A DNA stretch of 64,000 bases. Source: an uncultured Rikenella sp. GTDB taxonomy: Bacteria; Bacteroidota; Bacteroidia; Bacteroidales; VadinHA17. The stretch's first letter is position 1; each line of letters begins with the position of its first letter. Position numbers and translations under genes: made by a program. The stretch spans positions 69,204 to 133,203 of the forward strand of contig CAZUIF010000004.1 in the NCBI GenBank assembly GCA_964621005.1, read 5' to 3'. Of this stretch, positions 51,657-61,015 are shown piece by piece. The notes under the pieces were generated by a model. That model ran no database searches, was not told the DNA's origin, and worked only from the letters and a program-made list of their open reading frames with translations.

Positions 51657-52037
51657 TTATTCCTTTATAAACCTTTTCATTATCGTTGCGCGGGGCGAAA
51701 TGAACTTTATAAAATAAATGCCCTTGCGCAACTGTGATACCTCTATGATAACCTGGTTGTGGTTGTCGCAAACCTCATTAAGGCACTTGTTCCCGGTTAC
51801 ATCAAAGATCTCGATCATCGTGACACCGTCAATATTGTCAGCAATCAGCTCACTCTTTACGGGAATGGGATAGATTTTTATCTTTTCTGCAAGATTACGC
51901 GCAACTGAATCGGAAACGGCAGACTTTCCCTGTTCGGGCTGGATGGCCCCTGTCTGTCCCGATACACTGCTCAGTGAAATGATCAGCAGGCAAAAAGTGA
52001 TTGATGACAAGACTATTCCGGGTAAATGTTTTTTCAT
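51657..52037 (-). CDS. Mini-protein consisting of a signal peptide, a short linker and a T9SS C-terminal sorting domain
   Basis: I take the start at MKKHLPGIVLSSITFCLLIISLSSVSGQ (52037); the track ORF extends to 52217. The tail is IYPIPVKSELIA...VTMIEIFDVTGNK...GIYFIKF...MKRFIKE. This closely parallels the tail of the 1000-aa protein at 43484. Confidence 0.6.
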   Translation of the reverse strand: MKKHLPGIVLSSITFCLLIISLSSVSGQTGAIQPEQGKSAVSDSVARNLAEKIKIYPIPVKSELIADNIDGVTMIEIFDVTGNKCLNEVCDNHNQVIIEVSQLRKGIYFIKFISPRATIMKRFIKE

Positions 52038-52293
52038 AGGCGCCTGTAAAATTGTTTGCGAGGTTACTGGTGGCCGCATCAAATTTAACCGATGCAACTG
52101 CACTTTATACTCCGCGAAAGGGGTAAATGTTTCAAACTTTAACAAGTTATCAACAAAATTTTTTGCCGGACTTTCCGTTGGGGCCGCGGATTCGTGATCG
52201 GGAAATAATTTCAGCATGGCTTGTCATTGAATGAATTGCTTAAAAAAATTAACTTTGGAGCCTTAAAATTCATATCAAACAAAATAACTTAAA

Positions 52294-54387
52294 GTGAAAA
52301 GAGTATTTTTCCTCATGATGACAGTCGCCGTTGTGGCTGTGTCGTGCAACACTGAAAAGAAGGAGCAGGGCAACCCCTTCTTCGCTGAATGGAAAACCCC
52401 GTTCGGTGTTCCCCCCTTTGATCAGATAACCAACGGTGATTACCTTCCTGCCATCGACTCGGGCATTGTCCTTGCAAGGCTGAACATCGCGGAGATCACA
52501 TCCTCAGAGGAGGCTCCCACCTTTGGGAATACCATTGCTAAATTTGACCGCGCTGATGAACTGCTTACAAAAGTTGCCAGTGTATTTTATTCGCAGACAA
52601 GCGCCAACACCAATGACACTCTTGAGGCGCTGCAAATGGAGATTGCTCCGAAGGTTGCGGCATTCAGCGACGAGGTCCTCCTCAATGCTGACCTTTTCGG
52701 CCGTATAAAGACAGTATGGGAAGCAAGGGATTCCTCACTGATGAGCGCTGAGGAGCTTTTCCTGCTTGACAACCTTTACAGGAGCTTTGTGCGCAACGGT
52801 GCCCTTCTCAATCCGGAAGACCAGGAGAAACTGAAGAAGATGAACCAGGAGCTCTCGGTGCTTACGGTCAAATTCAGCCAGAATGTGCTGGCAGAGACAA
52901 ACGGCTTCAGGCTTGTAATTGACAATGAGGCTGACCTGAAAGGGCTGCCCGAAAGCGTGATAACCACCGCTGCCGAGATAGCCAAAGGGGAAGGCATGGA
53001 GGGCAAGTGGATATTCACCACCCAGAAGCCGAGCATGATTCCCTTCCTGCAGTATGCAGAGACTCGTGACCTGCGCAAAAAGCTCTATGACGCCTACCTG
53101 AACCGCGGCAACCACGGTGATCAGTATGACAACAATAAAATACTTGCCGATATAGTAAGACTCAGGGCAGACAGGGCCAGACTCCTGGGATACAAAACCC
53201 ACGCTGATATCGTCCTTGAGACCCGCATGGCAAAGACACCCGGCAATGTACTCAACCTGCTGAATGACCTTCTGGAAAGGTCGCTGGTTGTGGCTAAACG
53301 TGAGCGCGATGAGATGCAGAAGCTGGTTGATGCCGAAGGGGGCGACTTCAAGATCGAACCGCAGGACTGGTGGTATTATGCCGAGAAACTCCGCAAGGAA
53401 AAGTATGACCTGGACGAAAACGAGCTGAGGCCTTATTTCAGCCTTGACAATGCCCGTGACGGAGCCTTTGCAGTGGCCAACAAGCTTTACGGGATCACCT
53501 TTACCCGTATAAATGATATCCCTCTTCCTCATCCCGATGCTCAGGCATTCGAGGTGAAGGAGGCTGACGGCAGCCATGTGGGTGTGCTGTACATGGACTT
53601 CTTCCCGCGTGAGAGCAAGCGTCAGGGTGCATGGTGCGGCAGCTACCGTGATCACCAGGTTGTTGACGGAAAGGAGATCACACCGGTCGTTACAATCGTG
53701 GGCAACTTCACCCCGCCGGCAGGTGACAAACCCGCCCTTCTGAGCATGGATGACGTGCTGACACTCTTCCATGAGTTCGGACACGGTCTTCAGGGGCTCT
53801 TCTCGGAGAACACCTATTCAACCACTACCGTCGCATGGGATATAGTTGAGCTGCCGTCGCAGATAATGGAACACTGGGCTACCCAGCCTGAAGTGCTTGC
53901 GATGTACGCGAAGAACTGGGAGACAGGCGAGGTAATCCCGCAGGCACTGGTTGATAAAATCAGGAACAGCAGCTATTTCAACACGGGATTTGACAATGTG
54001 GAAGTCATGGCTGCCTCGCTGCTTGACATGGCGTACTATTCTCTTGAGGCACCTGTTCAGATTGAAACGCAGCAGTTCGAGAAGGAGACTATGAAGAAGA
54101 TAGGGCTGATCCCTGAGATTGAACCAAGGTACAGGTCCACTTACTTCCTTCATATGATTGACGGTTATGATGCAGGCTACTATGTCTACACATGGGCAGC
54201 AGTCCTTGACAATGATGCTTTCGAGGCATTCAGCGAGAAGGGTATCTTTGACCAGGCAACCGCCACTTCATTCAGGAAGAACGTACTGGAGAAGATGGGA
54301 ACCATGGATGCCGAGCAGATGTGGTTAAACTTCCGCGGCCGCAAGCCGGATATTGAGCCTCTTCTCAGGAACAGGGGACTCAACTGA
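52294..54387 (+). CDS. dcp: M3-family peptidyl-dipeptidase / oligopeptidase (Dcp-like), lipoprotein
   Basis: 697 aa with a GTG start, a lipobox (VAVSC) and the HEFGH zinc motif in an M3 context (LFHEFGHGLQGL...E). Confidence 0.88.
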   Translation: MKRVFFLMMTVAVVAVSCNTEKKEQGNPFFAEWKTPFGVPPFDQITNGDYLPAIDSGIVLARLNIAEITSSEEAPTFGNTIAKFDRADELLTKVASVFYSQTSANTNDTLEALQMEIAPKVAAFSDEVLLNADLFGRIKTVWEARDSSLMSAEELFLLDNLYRSFVRNGALLNPEDQEKLKKMNQELSVLTVKFSQNVLAETNGFRLVIDNEADLKGLPESVITTAAEIAKGEGMEGKWIFTTQKPSMIPFLQYAETRDLRKKLYDAYLNRGNHGDQYDNNKILADIVRLRADRARLLGYKTHADIVLETRMAKTPGNVLNLLNDLLERSLVVAKRERDEMQKLVDAEGGDFKIEPQDWWYYAEKLRKEKYDLDENELRPYFSLDNARDGAFAVANKLYGITFTRINDIPLPHPDAQAFEVKEADGSHVGVLYMDFFPRESKRQGAWCGSYRDHQVVDGKEITPVVTIVGNFTPPAGDKPALLSMDDVLTLFHEFGHGLQGLFSENTYSTTTVAWDIVELPSQIMEHWATQPEVLAMYAKNWETGEVIPQALVDKIRNSSYFNTGFDNVEVMAASLLDMAYYSLEAPVQIETQQFEKETMKKIGLIPEIEPRYRSTYFLHMIDGYDAGYYVYTWAAVLDNDAFEAFSEKGIFDQATATSFRKNVLEKMGTMDAEQMWLNFRGRKPDIEPLLRNRGLN

Positions 54388-54410
54388 TAACCCTGCAAAA
54401 CAGATAATAA

Positions 54411-54444
54411 CAGAGGCTGCCTTCCCGTACGGGGGCGGCCTCTG
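54411..54444. terminator. Bidirectional terminator hairpin between convergent genes
   Basis: CAGAGGCTGCC-ttcccgtacggg-GGCGGCCTCTG is an 11-bp stem with one G.U pair. It sits between the dcp stop (54387) and the transporter stop (54451). Confidence 0.6.
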
Positions 54445-54450
54445 TTGCTT

Positions 54451-56676
54451 CTATACTATCTCCTTCTGATACTGTGAATTCACGAAGAGAATTGTTCCTG
54501 CCCCGTCATATCCGCCAAGGATTGTTTCGCCGTTGTGCTTCAGCATCTCCGGCGTGAACCCGGTCATGACCAGCGCCGCAGTGGCTGACCGCTCATTTAT
54601 CAGGCTCTTAACCGAACTGCCGTGTGAAACCTCAATTATCCCGATATTATTTTCCGTGATAGGGAGGCGTCCGGAAGATATAAGCTGCGACAATTCAACC
54701 TGTGTATCATGTGACTGGCCCGGCTTGCAGGTACTGAAAACCTTGATGTAAGATTTCTTCCAGTCAGGGTGACCTGCGATTATGAAACTCAGAAGAATAA
54801 GAAGGCTTGCATTTTCAGGCTCGCTGAAGTCGATCCATACATGTATCCCCTTGCTGAAGTTCATCTCCTTGGTGGCGGAGGCGAGCAGGCATATGTCAAA
54901 ATCGCCTGCCTTTATCAGCCTGATGTTTTCGATGATCTCCCCCAGGTTCTCCGGGTTCTCCTTGTCATATTCAAAAACCACCATGTTGTTCTCCATTCCG
55001 GATATTCCCGGTACCTGTATTGCCTGAACGATGGCAGATGTGTAAGAAGGTGATATGATTGTGTCAACGTAAACATGGTTATGCGATGTCTCATACAGTT
55101 CAATCAGCTTCTCCAGTTCCTCTTTCGCCTGCTGGCTGGTCACCCTCGAGTAATAGCCTTCAATCCGGTGCAGGTAGGTGCCGAATCCGTAGCTGTATGA
55201 CAGCCAGTTAAGAAGCCTGAATGCCCTTTCACGCTTGAAGGAGTCCTTCGAGATGCAGATAACCCCGGGCCTCCATTCCCTGATCTTTCGTCTGCTCTCT
55301 GACTTCTGAAGGAAAACCTGAAGGTTACGGTTGATCTGGAAGAGGACGTTGGCAAAGAGGGACTCAAGGCCGGTTCTGCTCTTATGGTAGTGATTTATAT
55401 ACGAATACAGTATGACAATAAGTACCGTTGCGGTGAGTGCATAGAGGGTGTTTATCCGGAACATTACCAGGACTGCCACCGCAAATCCCGTGAGCGAAAG
55501 GTACCATTTTGACCTGAATGATGGCCGGTAAGAGGGAGAGGATCCGAAGTGGTTCAGGAATGAGATCAGGCAGAGGGACCCATAGGTTACAAGGAAGAAC
55601 ATTGAGATTATTTCTGCAACGGCGTTGACATTGCCAAGGGCGACGAAGACAAACGCGATCGTCAGGGTGACAAGAGTTGCGTTCACCGGCTCCCCGTCAC
55701 TGTTCCTTGATGCCGAAAGCCACCTGTTCATCCTCGCTGAGGGGAAGGAGGTGTCTTTCGCCAGGGCCTGAAGTGTCCGCGGGGCGACAAGCATGGAACC
55801 TAGTGCCGAGGAGAGGGTTGATGCTGCCAGTCCAAGCGGAACAATGACAGCGCCACCTATCGCAATTCTGCCCATTATCAGCTGATTTTCAAGCATCTCC
55901 TCCGGCGATGCGGAAACAGCAAGTTTCCAGATGACAAAAATATATACAACTATACCGGTCAGGGTGGCCAGTATTGTTCCCCGGGGAATGGCCCTGGCCG
56001 GATTGCGCAGGTCGCCTGACAGGCCCACCCCGGCCGTCATGCCTGTAAACGCCGGGAAACAGATTGCAAAGACAATGAAGAAATCACCCAGGTTGCGTAT
56101 ATCCCCGACAGGAAGTTGTCCTGGTGCCAGGCTGCCTTCAGCAGGCCTGCCCAGTAAAAACAGCAGCAGGGTTATGAAAAGCACCGCAACCACAATATAA
56201 AGCATCCTTACGCCGGTACCGGATCCCTTACGGAGGATCATCAGTCCAAGAATAAAAGTCACAGGCAGGCTTATAACCTGCCTCGGCACCACCACAGACA
56301 GACGCGTAACCATAAAATCGAAGAAAAATTCAAATGCCTCGGTAAAGGCAATGATATAAAAGGCGAAGCTTATAGCCTGTGAAAGAAACAGGGCTATGCC
56401 TATGGTGGCCCCGATATTAAGCCCGAATGACCTGGAAATGAGGAAGTATTCGCCGCCGCCTTCAACCCTCTTATTGGTGGCAAGTTCTGAAATTGCCAGT
56501 GCCGTTGGAATTGTAACAGCGTGCCCCATCAGGATAAGCAACAGGGTGCCCCAGAATCCGAGCGTGCCTACCGCAAACCCGAATCGGAGGAATAAAATGG
56601 CCCCCAGGATGGTTGAAACAGCAGTAAAGTAGACAGGGGCCGTTCCGAATTTCCTTATTGCTTCAGCTTTTTCCAT
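54451..56676 (-). CDS. APC-superfamily transporter with a large cytoplasmic C-terminal domain (SLC12 cation-chloride cotransporter-like)
   Basis: 741 aa. The N-terminal ~470 aa has about 12 TM segments of amino-acid-permease type. The C-terminal ~270 aa is soluble, as in bacterial CCC homologues. Confidence 0.78.
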   Translation of the reverse strand: MEKAEAIRKFGTAPVYFTAVSTILGAILFLRFGFAVGTLGFWGTLLLILMGHAVTIPTALAISELATNKRVEGGGEYFLISRSFGLNIGATIGIALFLSQAISFAFYIIAFTEAFEFFFDFMVTRLSVVVPRQVISLPVTFILGLMILRKGSGTGVRMLYIVVAVLFITLLLFLLGRPAEGSLAPGQLPVGDIRNLGDFFIVFAICFPAFTGMTAGVGLSGDLRNPARAIPRGTILATLTGIVVYIFVIWKLAVSASPEEMLENQLIMGRIAIGGAVIVPLGLAASTLSSALGSMLVAPRTLQALAKDTSFPSARMNRWLSASRNSDGEPVNATLVTLTIAFVFVALGNVNAVAEIISMFFLVTYGSLCLISFLNHFGSSPSYRPSFRSKWYLSLTGFAVAVLVMFRINTLYALTATVLIVILYSYINHYHKSRTGLESLFANVLFQINRNLQVFLQKSESRRKIREWRPGVICISKDSFKRERAFRLLNWLSYSYGFGTYLHRIEGYYSRVTSQQAKEELEKLIELYETSHNHVYVDTIISPSYTSAIVQAIQVPGISGMENNMVVFEYDKENPENLGEIIENIRLIKAGDFDICLLASATKEMNFSKGIHVWIDFSEPENASLLILLSFIIAGHPDWKKSYIKVFSTCKPGQSHDTQVELSQLISSGRLPITENNIGIIEVSHGSSVKSLINERSATAALVMTGFTPEMLKHNGETILGGYDGAGTILFVNSQYQKEIV

Positions 56677-56783
56677 CCTGACAGGTGATTTGCGCTGTTT
56701 TTTGTAATATTTAAAGATAAAGATGTGAAAAAAAATCCATGATACCCGGAATTTGATATCTTTATAGGGGTACAGGAACTTAT

Positions 56784-57830
56784 ATGAACCAGAAGAGGGT
56801 AGCGGGGTCGGATCCGTCGGAGATTGAGGAGTTCCTCGGCAGTCTGGGAATTGATGAGCGTTATTCCCTCAGACTGCTCTACTGGATTTACAGGAGAGGT
56901 ATACACTCCTTCGAAGAAATCAACGATATCCCGTTAAAAATCCTTCATATTTTATCGGAAAGGGCGGTTACGGGGCTCTCCGACCCAATTGCCTCGGAGT
57001 CATCTTCGGACGGTTCGGTCAAGTATCTTTTCACTACTCCCGGCAGCCTTACCCATGAAACAGTATATCTGCCGGATGGCAGGCGTCATACAGTGTGTGT
57101 GTCCGTTCAGTCGGGTTGCCGCATGGGCTGCCGGTTCTGTGCCACAGGAAGAAACGGATGGGGAGGAGACCTGACGGCAGGCGAGATAGTAAACCAGGTA
57201 ATCAGTTTACCCCATAAGGTAACTCATATAGTATTGATGGGTATGGGCGAACCGGGTGACAATATCAATGAGGTTATACGCGCCTGCCGGATACTCACTG
57301 CAGGGTGGGGCCTGGCTGCGGGAAGAAGCAGGGTGACTGTTTCTACGGTAGGGGTGACCCCTTCTGTGATGAGACTGCTTGAGGAGACGGAATGCAACAT
57401 CACCCTGAGTCTCCATTCTCCCTTTCCCGAAGAAAGGCGTGAAGTGATACCTGCCGAGGCACGCTGGCCCTTTTCTGAAACCCTGAGCCTCCTGAAGCAA
57501 TATGACAACCGCCGGAAGAGAAGATTTACGGTAGCTTATGTAATGATAAGCGGTAAAAATGATTCTGACAGACACCTCGGGGAACTGAAGCGACTGCTTG
57601 CAGGAACCGGCATCAGGGTGAATCTTCTTCCTTACCATCCGCTGCCAGGGGACGAGGCACACAGTTCGGGGACGGATTTGATGATGCGGTTCAAGCATGA
57701 GCTTGTAACTTCAGGTATCGGGGCTTCAGTCAGGAAATCAAGAGGATCAGATATTGATGCCGCGTGCGGAATGCTTGCGGCAAAGAGAAGGGAGCGTAAC
57801 GTGAAAAATGATAAAATCAACGATATATGA
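56784..57830 (+). CDS. rlmN: Radical-SAM 23S rRNA/tRNA adenine-C2 methyltransferase (RlmN/Cfr family; most likely RlmN)
   Basis: 348 aa with the radical-SAM motif CVSVQSGCRMGCRFCATG, GMGEP, and a C-terminal catalytic Cys context (DIDAACG). Confidence 0.85.
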   Translation: MNQKRVAGSDPSEIEEFLGSLGIDERYSLRLLYWIYRRGIHSFEEINDIPLKILHILSERAVTGLSDPIASESSSDGSVKYLFTTPGSLTHETVYLPDGRRHTVCVSVQSGCRMGCRFCATGRNGWGGDLTAGEIVNQVISLPHKVTHIVLMGMGEPGDNINEVIRACRILTAGWGLAAGRSRVTVSTVGVTPSVMRLLEETECNITLSLHSPFPEERREVIPAEARWPFSETLSLLKQYDNRRKRRFTVAYVMISGKNDSDRHLGELKRLLAGTGIRVNLLPYHPLPGDEAHSSGTDLMMRFKHELVTSGIGASVRKSRGSDIDAACGMLAAKRRERNVKNDKINDI

Positions 57831-59488
57831 CAAGATTGACGATGGCAGCGCTGATGGTTATAATGACGGTAACCGGCTGCAGCAAAAAGGAGGTGAATAT
57901 GCCTGAAAAATATTCAATTATCCCGAAACCGGCTGAACTGGTCATGGCCAAGGGGAGCTTTATCATTGACGGGAAGACTGAGCTGACAGTCTCTCCACTC
58001 AGTGACGGGACAAACCTTGCCGCAGGTTTCCTTTCAGAAATGCTTCGAAAGAGCGCCTCAGTGCCACTGCCGGTGGTAGAGGGGTCAGGTGAAGGAAGGA
58101 ACAGGATAGTCATGGTTATTGACACGACCGCTTCTGACAATACTGAGGGATATACACTGTGGGTGACTCCTAAGAATATCGTCCTGAAATCGCCTTCAGC
58201 AGCGGGGCTGTTCCGTGGTGTGCAGACGCTGAGACAGTTGCTTCCGCCGCAGGTTGAGGTTGAGGGAGGACTGGCCGGCGAGGATGCCGCTTCAGTGCCT
58301 GCCTGCCATATAACAGATGCACCCCGTTTCAGCTACCGCGGGATGCACCTCGATGTCTGCCGTCACTTTTTTACTGTGGATGAGGTGAAGAGGTACCTTG
58401 ATATCATGGCACTCCATAAATTCAATGTCTTTCACTGGCATCTGACAGATGACCAGGGCTGGAGGATAGAAATAAAGAAGTACCCTGAACTTGCGAAGGT
58501 GGGTTCGCAGAGGAAGGAGACACTGGTCGGCCATGGCGGACGGCCGCCATTCACCTATGACGGAATACCCCACGGGGGATTTTACACCCAGGAGCAGGCA
58601 AGGGAGATAGTGAAATATGCAGCTGACAGATTCATTACAGTCATACCGGAGATTGAGATGCCCGGTCACGCTGTGGCAGCAATTGCGTCATATCCCTGGC
58701 TGTCGTGCACTGGGAACAAGCTTGACGTACAGACCCGGTGGGGTGTCTTTGACGATGTCTTTTGCGCCGGTAAAGACACAGTATTTGCATTCCTGGAAGG
58801 TGTACTTGATGAGGTGGCTGAGATATTCCCCTCAGAGTACATACATATTGGCGGTGACGAGTGTCCGAAGGTGAGATGGGAGAACTGCCCCGCATGCCAG
58901 AAGAGGATAAAGGAGGAGGGGCTGAAGGATGAGCATGAGCTTCAGAGCTGGTTTGTCACCCGGATGGAAAAGTATCTGAGTGCAAAGGGAAAAAAGATAA
59001 TAGGTTGGGATGAGATCCTTGAGGGTGGCCTGGCACCGGGGGCGACAGTGATGTCATGGCGCGGCATCAAGGGCGGCATCGAGGCTGCTAAGATGAAGCA
59101 TGACGTGATAATGACACCCACATCCCATATGTATCTTGATTACTACCAGAGCGAACCCCAGGGAGAACCGCTGGGTATTGGAGGTTACCTGCCACTTGAG
59201 CGGGTATATTCATTTGAACCTTTACCCGAAGACCTCACTCCTGAGGAGCAGAAATATATACTGGGACTGCAGGGTAATGTATGGACCGAGTACATATCCA
59301 CCATGTCTCATCTTGAATACATGGCTTTCCCGCGCGCTTTTGCAGTGGCCGAGACGGGATGGACACCCGCAATGAAGAAGGATTTTGAGGAGTTCCTTGC
59401 CAGGTTTGAAGTGCAGAAGCAGCGGTATGACCTCATGAAAATAAATTATTTCAGGGGCGAATACCGGAACATGAGGGATAATAAATAA
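57827..59488 (+). CDS. Beta-N-acetylhexosaminidase (GH20), lipoprotein
   Basis: 553 aa with a lipobox (VTGCS) and the GH20 catalytic region (RGMHLDVCRHF, FHWHLTDDQGWR, HIGGDE). It shows an ATGA overlap with rlmN. Confidence 0.9.
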   Translation: MTRLTMAALMVIMTVTGCSKKEVNMPEKYSIIPKPAELVMAKGSFIIDGKTELTVSPLSDGTNLAAGFLSEMLRKSASVPLPVVEGSGEGRNRIVMVIDTTASDNTEGYTLWVTPKNIVLKSPSAAGLFRGVQTLRQLLPPQVEVEGGLAGEDAASVPACHITDAPRFSYRGMHLDVCRHFFTVDEVKRYLDIMALHKFNVFHWHLTDDQGWRIEIKKYPELAKVGSQRKETLVGHGGRPPFTYDGIPHGGFYTQEQAREIVKYAADRFITVIPEIEMPGHAVAAIASYPWLSCTGNKLDVQTRWGVFDDVFCAGKDTVFAFLEGVLDEVAEIFPSEYIHIGGDECPKVRWENCPACQKRIKEEGLKDEHELQSWFVTRMEKYLSAKGKKIIGWDEILEGGLAPGATVMSWRGIKGGIEAAKMKHDVIMTPTSHMYLDYYQSEPQGEPLGIGGYLPLERVYSFEPLPEDLTPEEQKYILGLQGNVWTEYISTMSHLEYMAFPRAFAVAETGWTPAMKKDFEEFLARFEVQKQRYDLMKINYFRGEYRNMRDNK

Positions 59489-59531
59489 GCCGGAATATTG
59501 AGTTTTATGGAAACAGGAAAATCAGATTGAC

Positions 59532-60299
59532 ATGAAAGATTCTGAATACCAGGATAACTATCCATCCGCTGCCGTTCCATGGGTGAACCTGCTGAGGAAT
59601 AGTTTCGGGAGTTCATCAAGGCCGCCGTTCACGGGAGAGATTACCCCAGATGAACAGACCCTGGAGCTTATGGATAACTCCAACCAGTTTTTTGCATTTG
59701 CGGACTTTTCAACCCAGAGAATATTGTACATGAGTCCCAATGTAAAGAATGTGCTTGGATATGATCCCGAAGAGTTTGACCTGAACAAGATCTATGAGAT
59801 AATCCATCCGGATGACAGAAAGGCAGTCTTTGAGATAGGAAAGACGGTGCTTAACAGGGAGATGAATTATATTGCGGGGGAATCACACAGTCACTTTACC
59901 TATTACCTTACTTACAGGGCAAAGATGAAGAACGGGCGGCATACACGGATTTCGAGGACGATATCCAGGCATATTCATCCGGTTGGCGGAATATATGAAC
60001 TTGTTGTGATACGGGATATATCCCATGTCCACTGTGGAACAAAGGTGACATTTTCGCTGCTTGGATTAAGACCTTTCAGGGAAATGCCGGGAGTTGCAGG
60101 CGGCAGTCCTGTAATTTCCAAAAGGGAACAGGAGATTATCTATCATATTTCGAGGGGGTTGACAAGCAGAAGAATTGCTTATGAGTTAAATATCAGTGAG
60201 TTTACGGTCAATACCCACCGGAAGAACATTATGAGGAAGACCGGTACCAACAACCTGGTGGATATGCTGATATTTGCTGCTTCAAATGGGATCATATAA
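59532..60299 (+). CDS. PAS-domain / LuxR-type HTH transcriptional regulator
   Basis: 255 aa. The central PAS-like region (RILYMSPNVKNVLGYDPEEF...IHPDD) is followed by a C-terminal LuxR HTH (SKREQEIIYHISRGLTSRRIAYELNISEFTVNTHRKNIMRKTG). Confidence 0.8.
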   Translation: MKDSEYQDNYPSAAVPWVNLLRNSFGSSSRPPFTGEITPDEQTLELMDNSNQFFAFADFSTQRILYMSPNVKNVLGYDPEEFDLNKIYEIIHPDDRKAVFEIGKTVLNREMNYIAGESHSHFTYYLTYRAKMKNGRHTRISRTISRHIHPVGGIYELVVIRDISHVHCGTKVTFSLLGLRPFREMPGVAGGSPVISKREQEIIYHISRGLTSRRIAYELNISEFTVNTHRKNIMRKTGTNNLVDMLIFAASNGII

Positions 60300-60484
60300 A
60301 AATACCCATTAAAGGGTATTGCACAAAAAGCGGGGTCAGGATAGTTTTGTATCGCAAGCGGAACAACAGAGGAGTTTAAGGATTAGTGTTTTTTAGATTC
60401 CCCGTTTCCTCTCTCCGGCTGACAATGGTACTTCTTTCTTAAGCCGGCGAGAAAAATAATACTGCCCAACCCCCTGGGCAGTAT

Positions 60485-61015
60485 TTATTTTTTGCGGTTG
60501 ATAAGCTGGAGGAGGTGTTCGGTTTCATAGCCGCCGCTCATCCTGACCCATTCCTTGCGGCTGCCGCAGATTACAAAACCGTGGTTTGTGAACAGCTTAA
60601 AGCTTTCCGGGTTGTTTTCCAGGATGTTGCACCACAGCTGATGAAGACCTATGGTTTCAAAGGCGTAGCTGACAAGACATTCAAGGGCGGCAGAAGCGTA
60701 TCCCTTTTTCCTGTCGGCCGGATCGGCGATAAGGATACCGACGCCCGCCCGGTTATGATAGTGGTCGAACTCGTAAAGGTCTATGGTCCCGACGGTCCGT
60801 TCATCAGGCAGAACGTCAACCATCAGCCTGAGCTGGCCTGTCTCATAGATGCTTTTGCGTGATCCTGCAATATATTTTTTAAGGATGTACCTGGAATAGG
60901 GAACAAGGGTATTGCTCTGTTTCCAGTTGGTTTCGTCATTTTCCCAGCGGTAAAGCAGTTCCAGGTCTTCGGGCTCAACTGCCCGGAGCCTGATACCGTC
61001 ATTTTCCAGAATCAT
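60485..61015 (-). CDS. GNAT-family N-acetyltransferase (RimJ/RimL-like)
   Basis: 176 aa with an acetyl-CoA binding region (RKKGYASAAL) and the typical LR.VEPEDLELLY.W N-terminus. It overlaps the upstream gene end by 17 nt. Confidence 0.85.
   Translation of the reverse strand: MILENDGIRLRAVEPEDLELLYRWENDETNWKQSNTLVPYSRYILKKYIAGSRKSIYETGQLRLMVDVLPDERTVGTIDLYEFDHYHNRAGVGILIADPADRKKGYASAALECLVSYAFETIGLHQLWCNILENNPESFKLFTNHGFVICGSRKEWVRMSGGYETEHLLQLINRKK

Noticed and set aside
56784-57830. The radical-SAM methyltransferase might be a Cfr-type antibiotic-resistance enzyme and not RlmN.
   Set aside because: The chromosomal context is overlap-coupled to a GH20 gene with no mobile elements. The N-terminal domain resembles housekeeping RlmN. 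Distinguishing Cfr from RlmN needs a phylogeny I cannot run, so I kept the conservative call.
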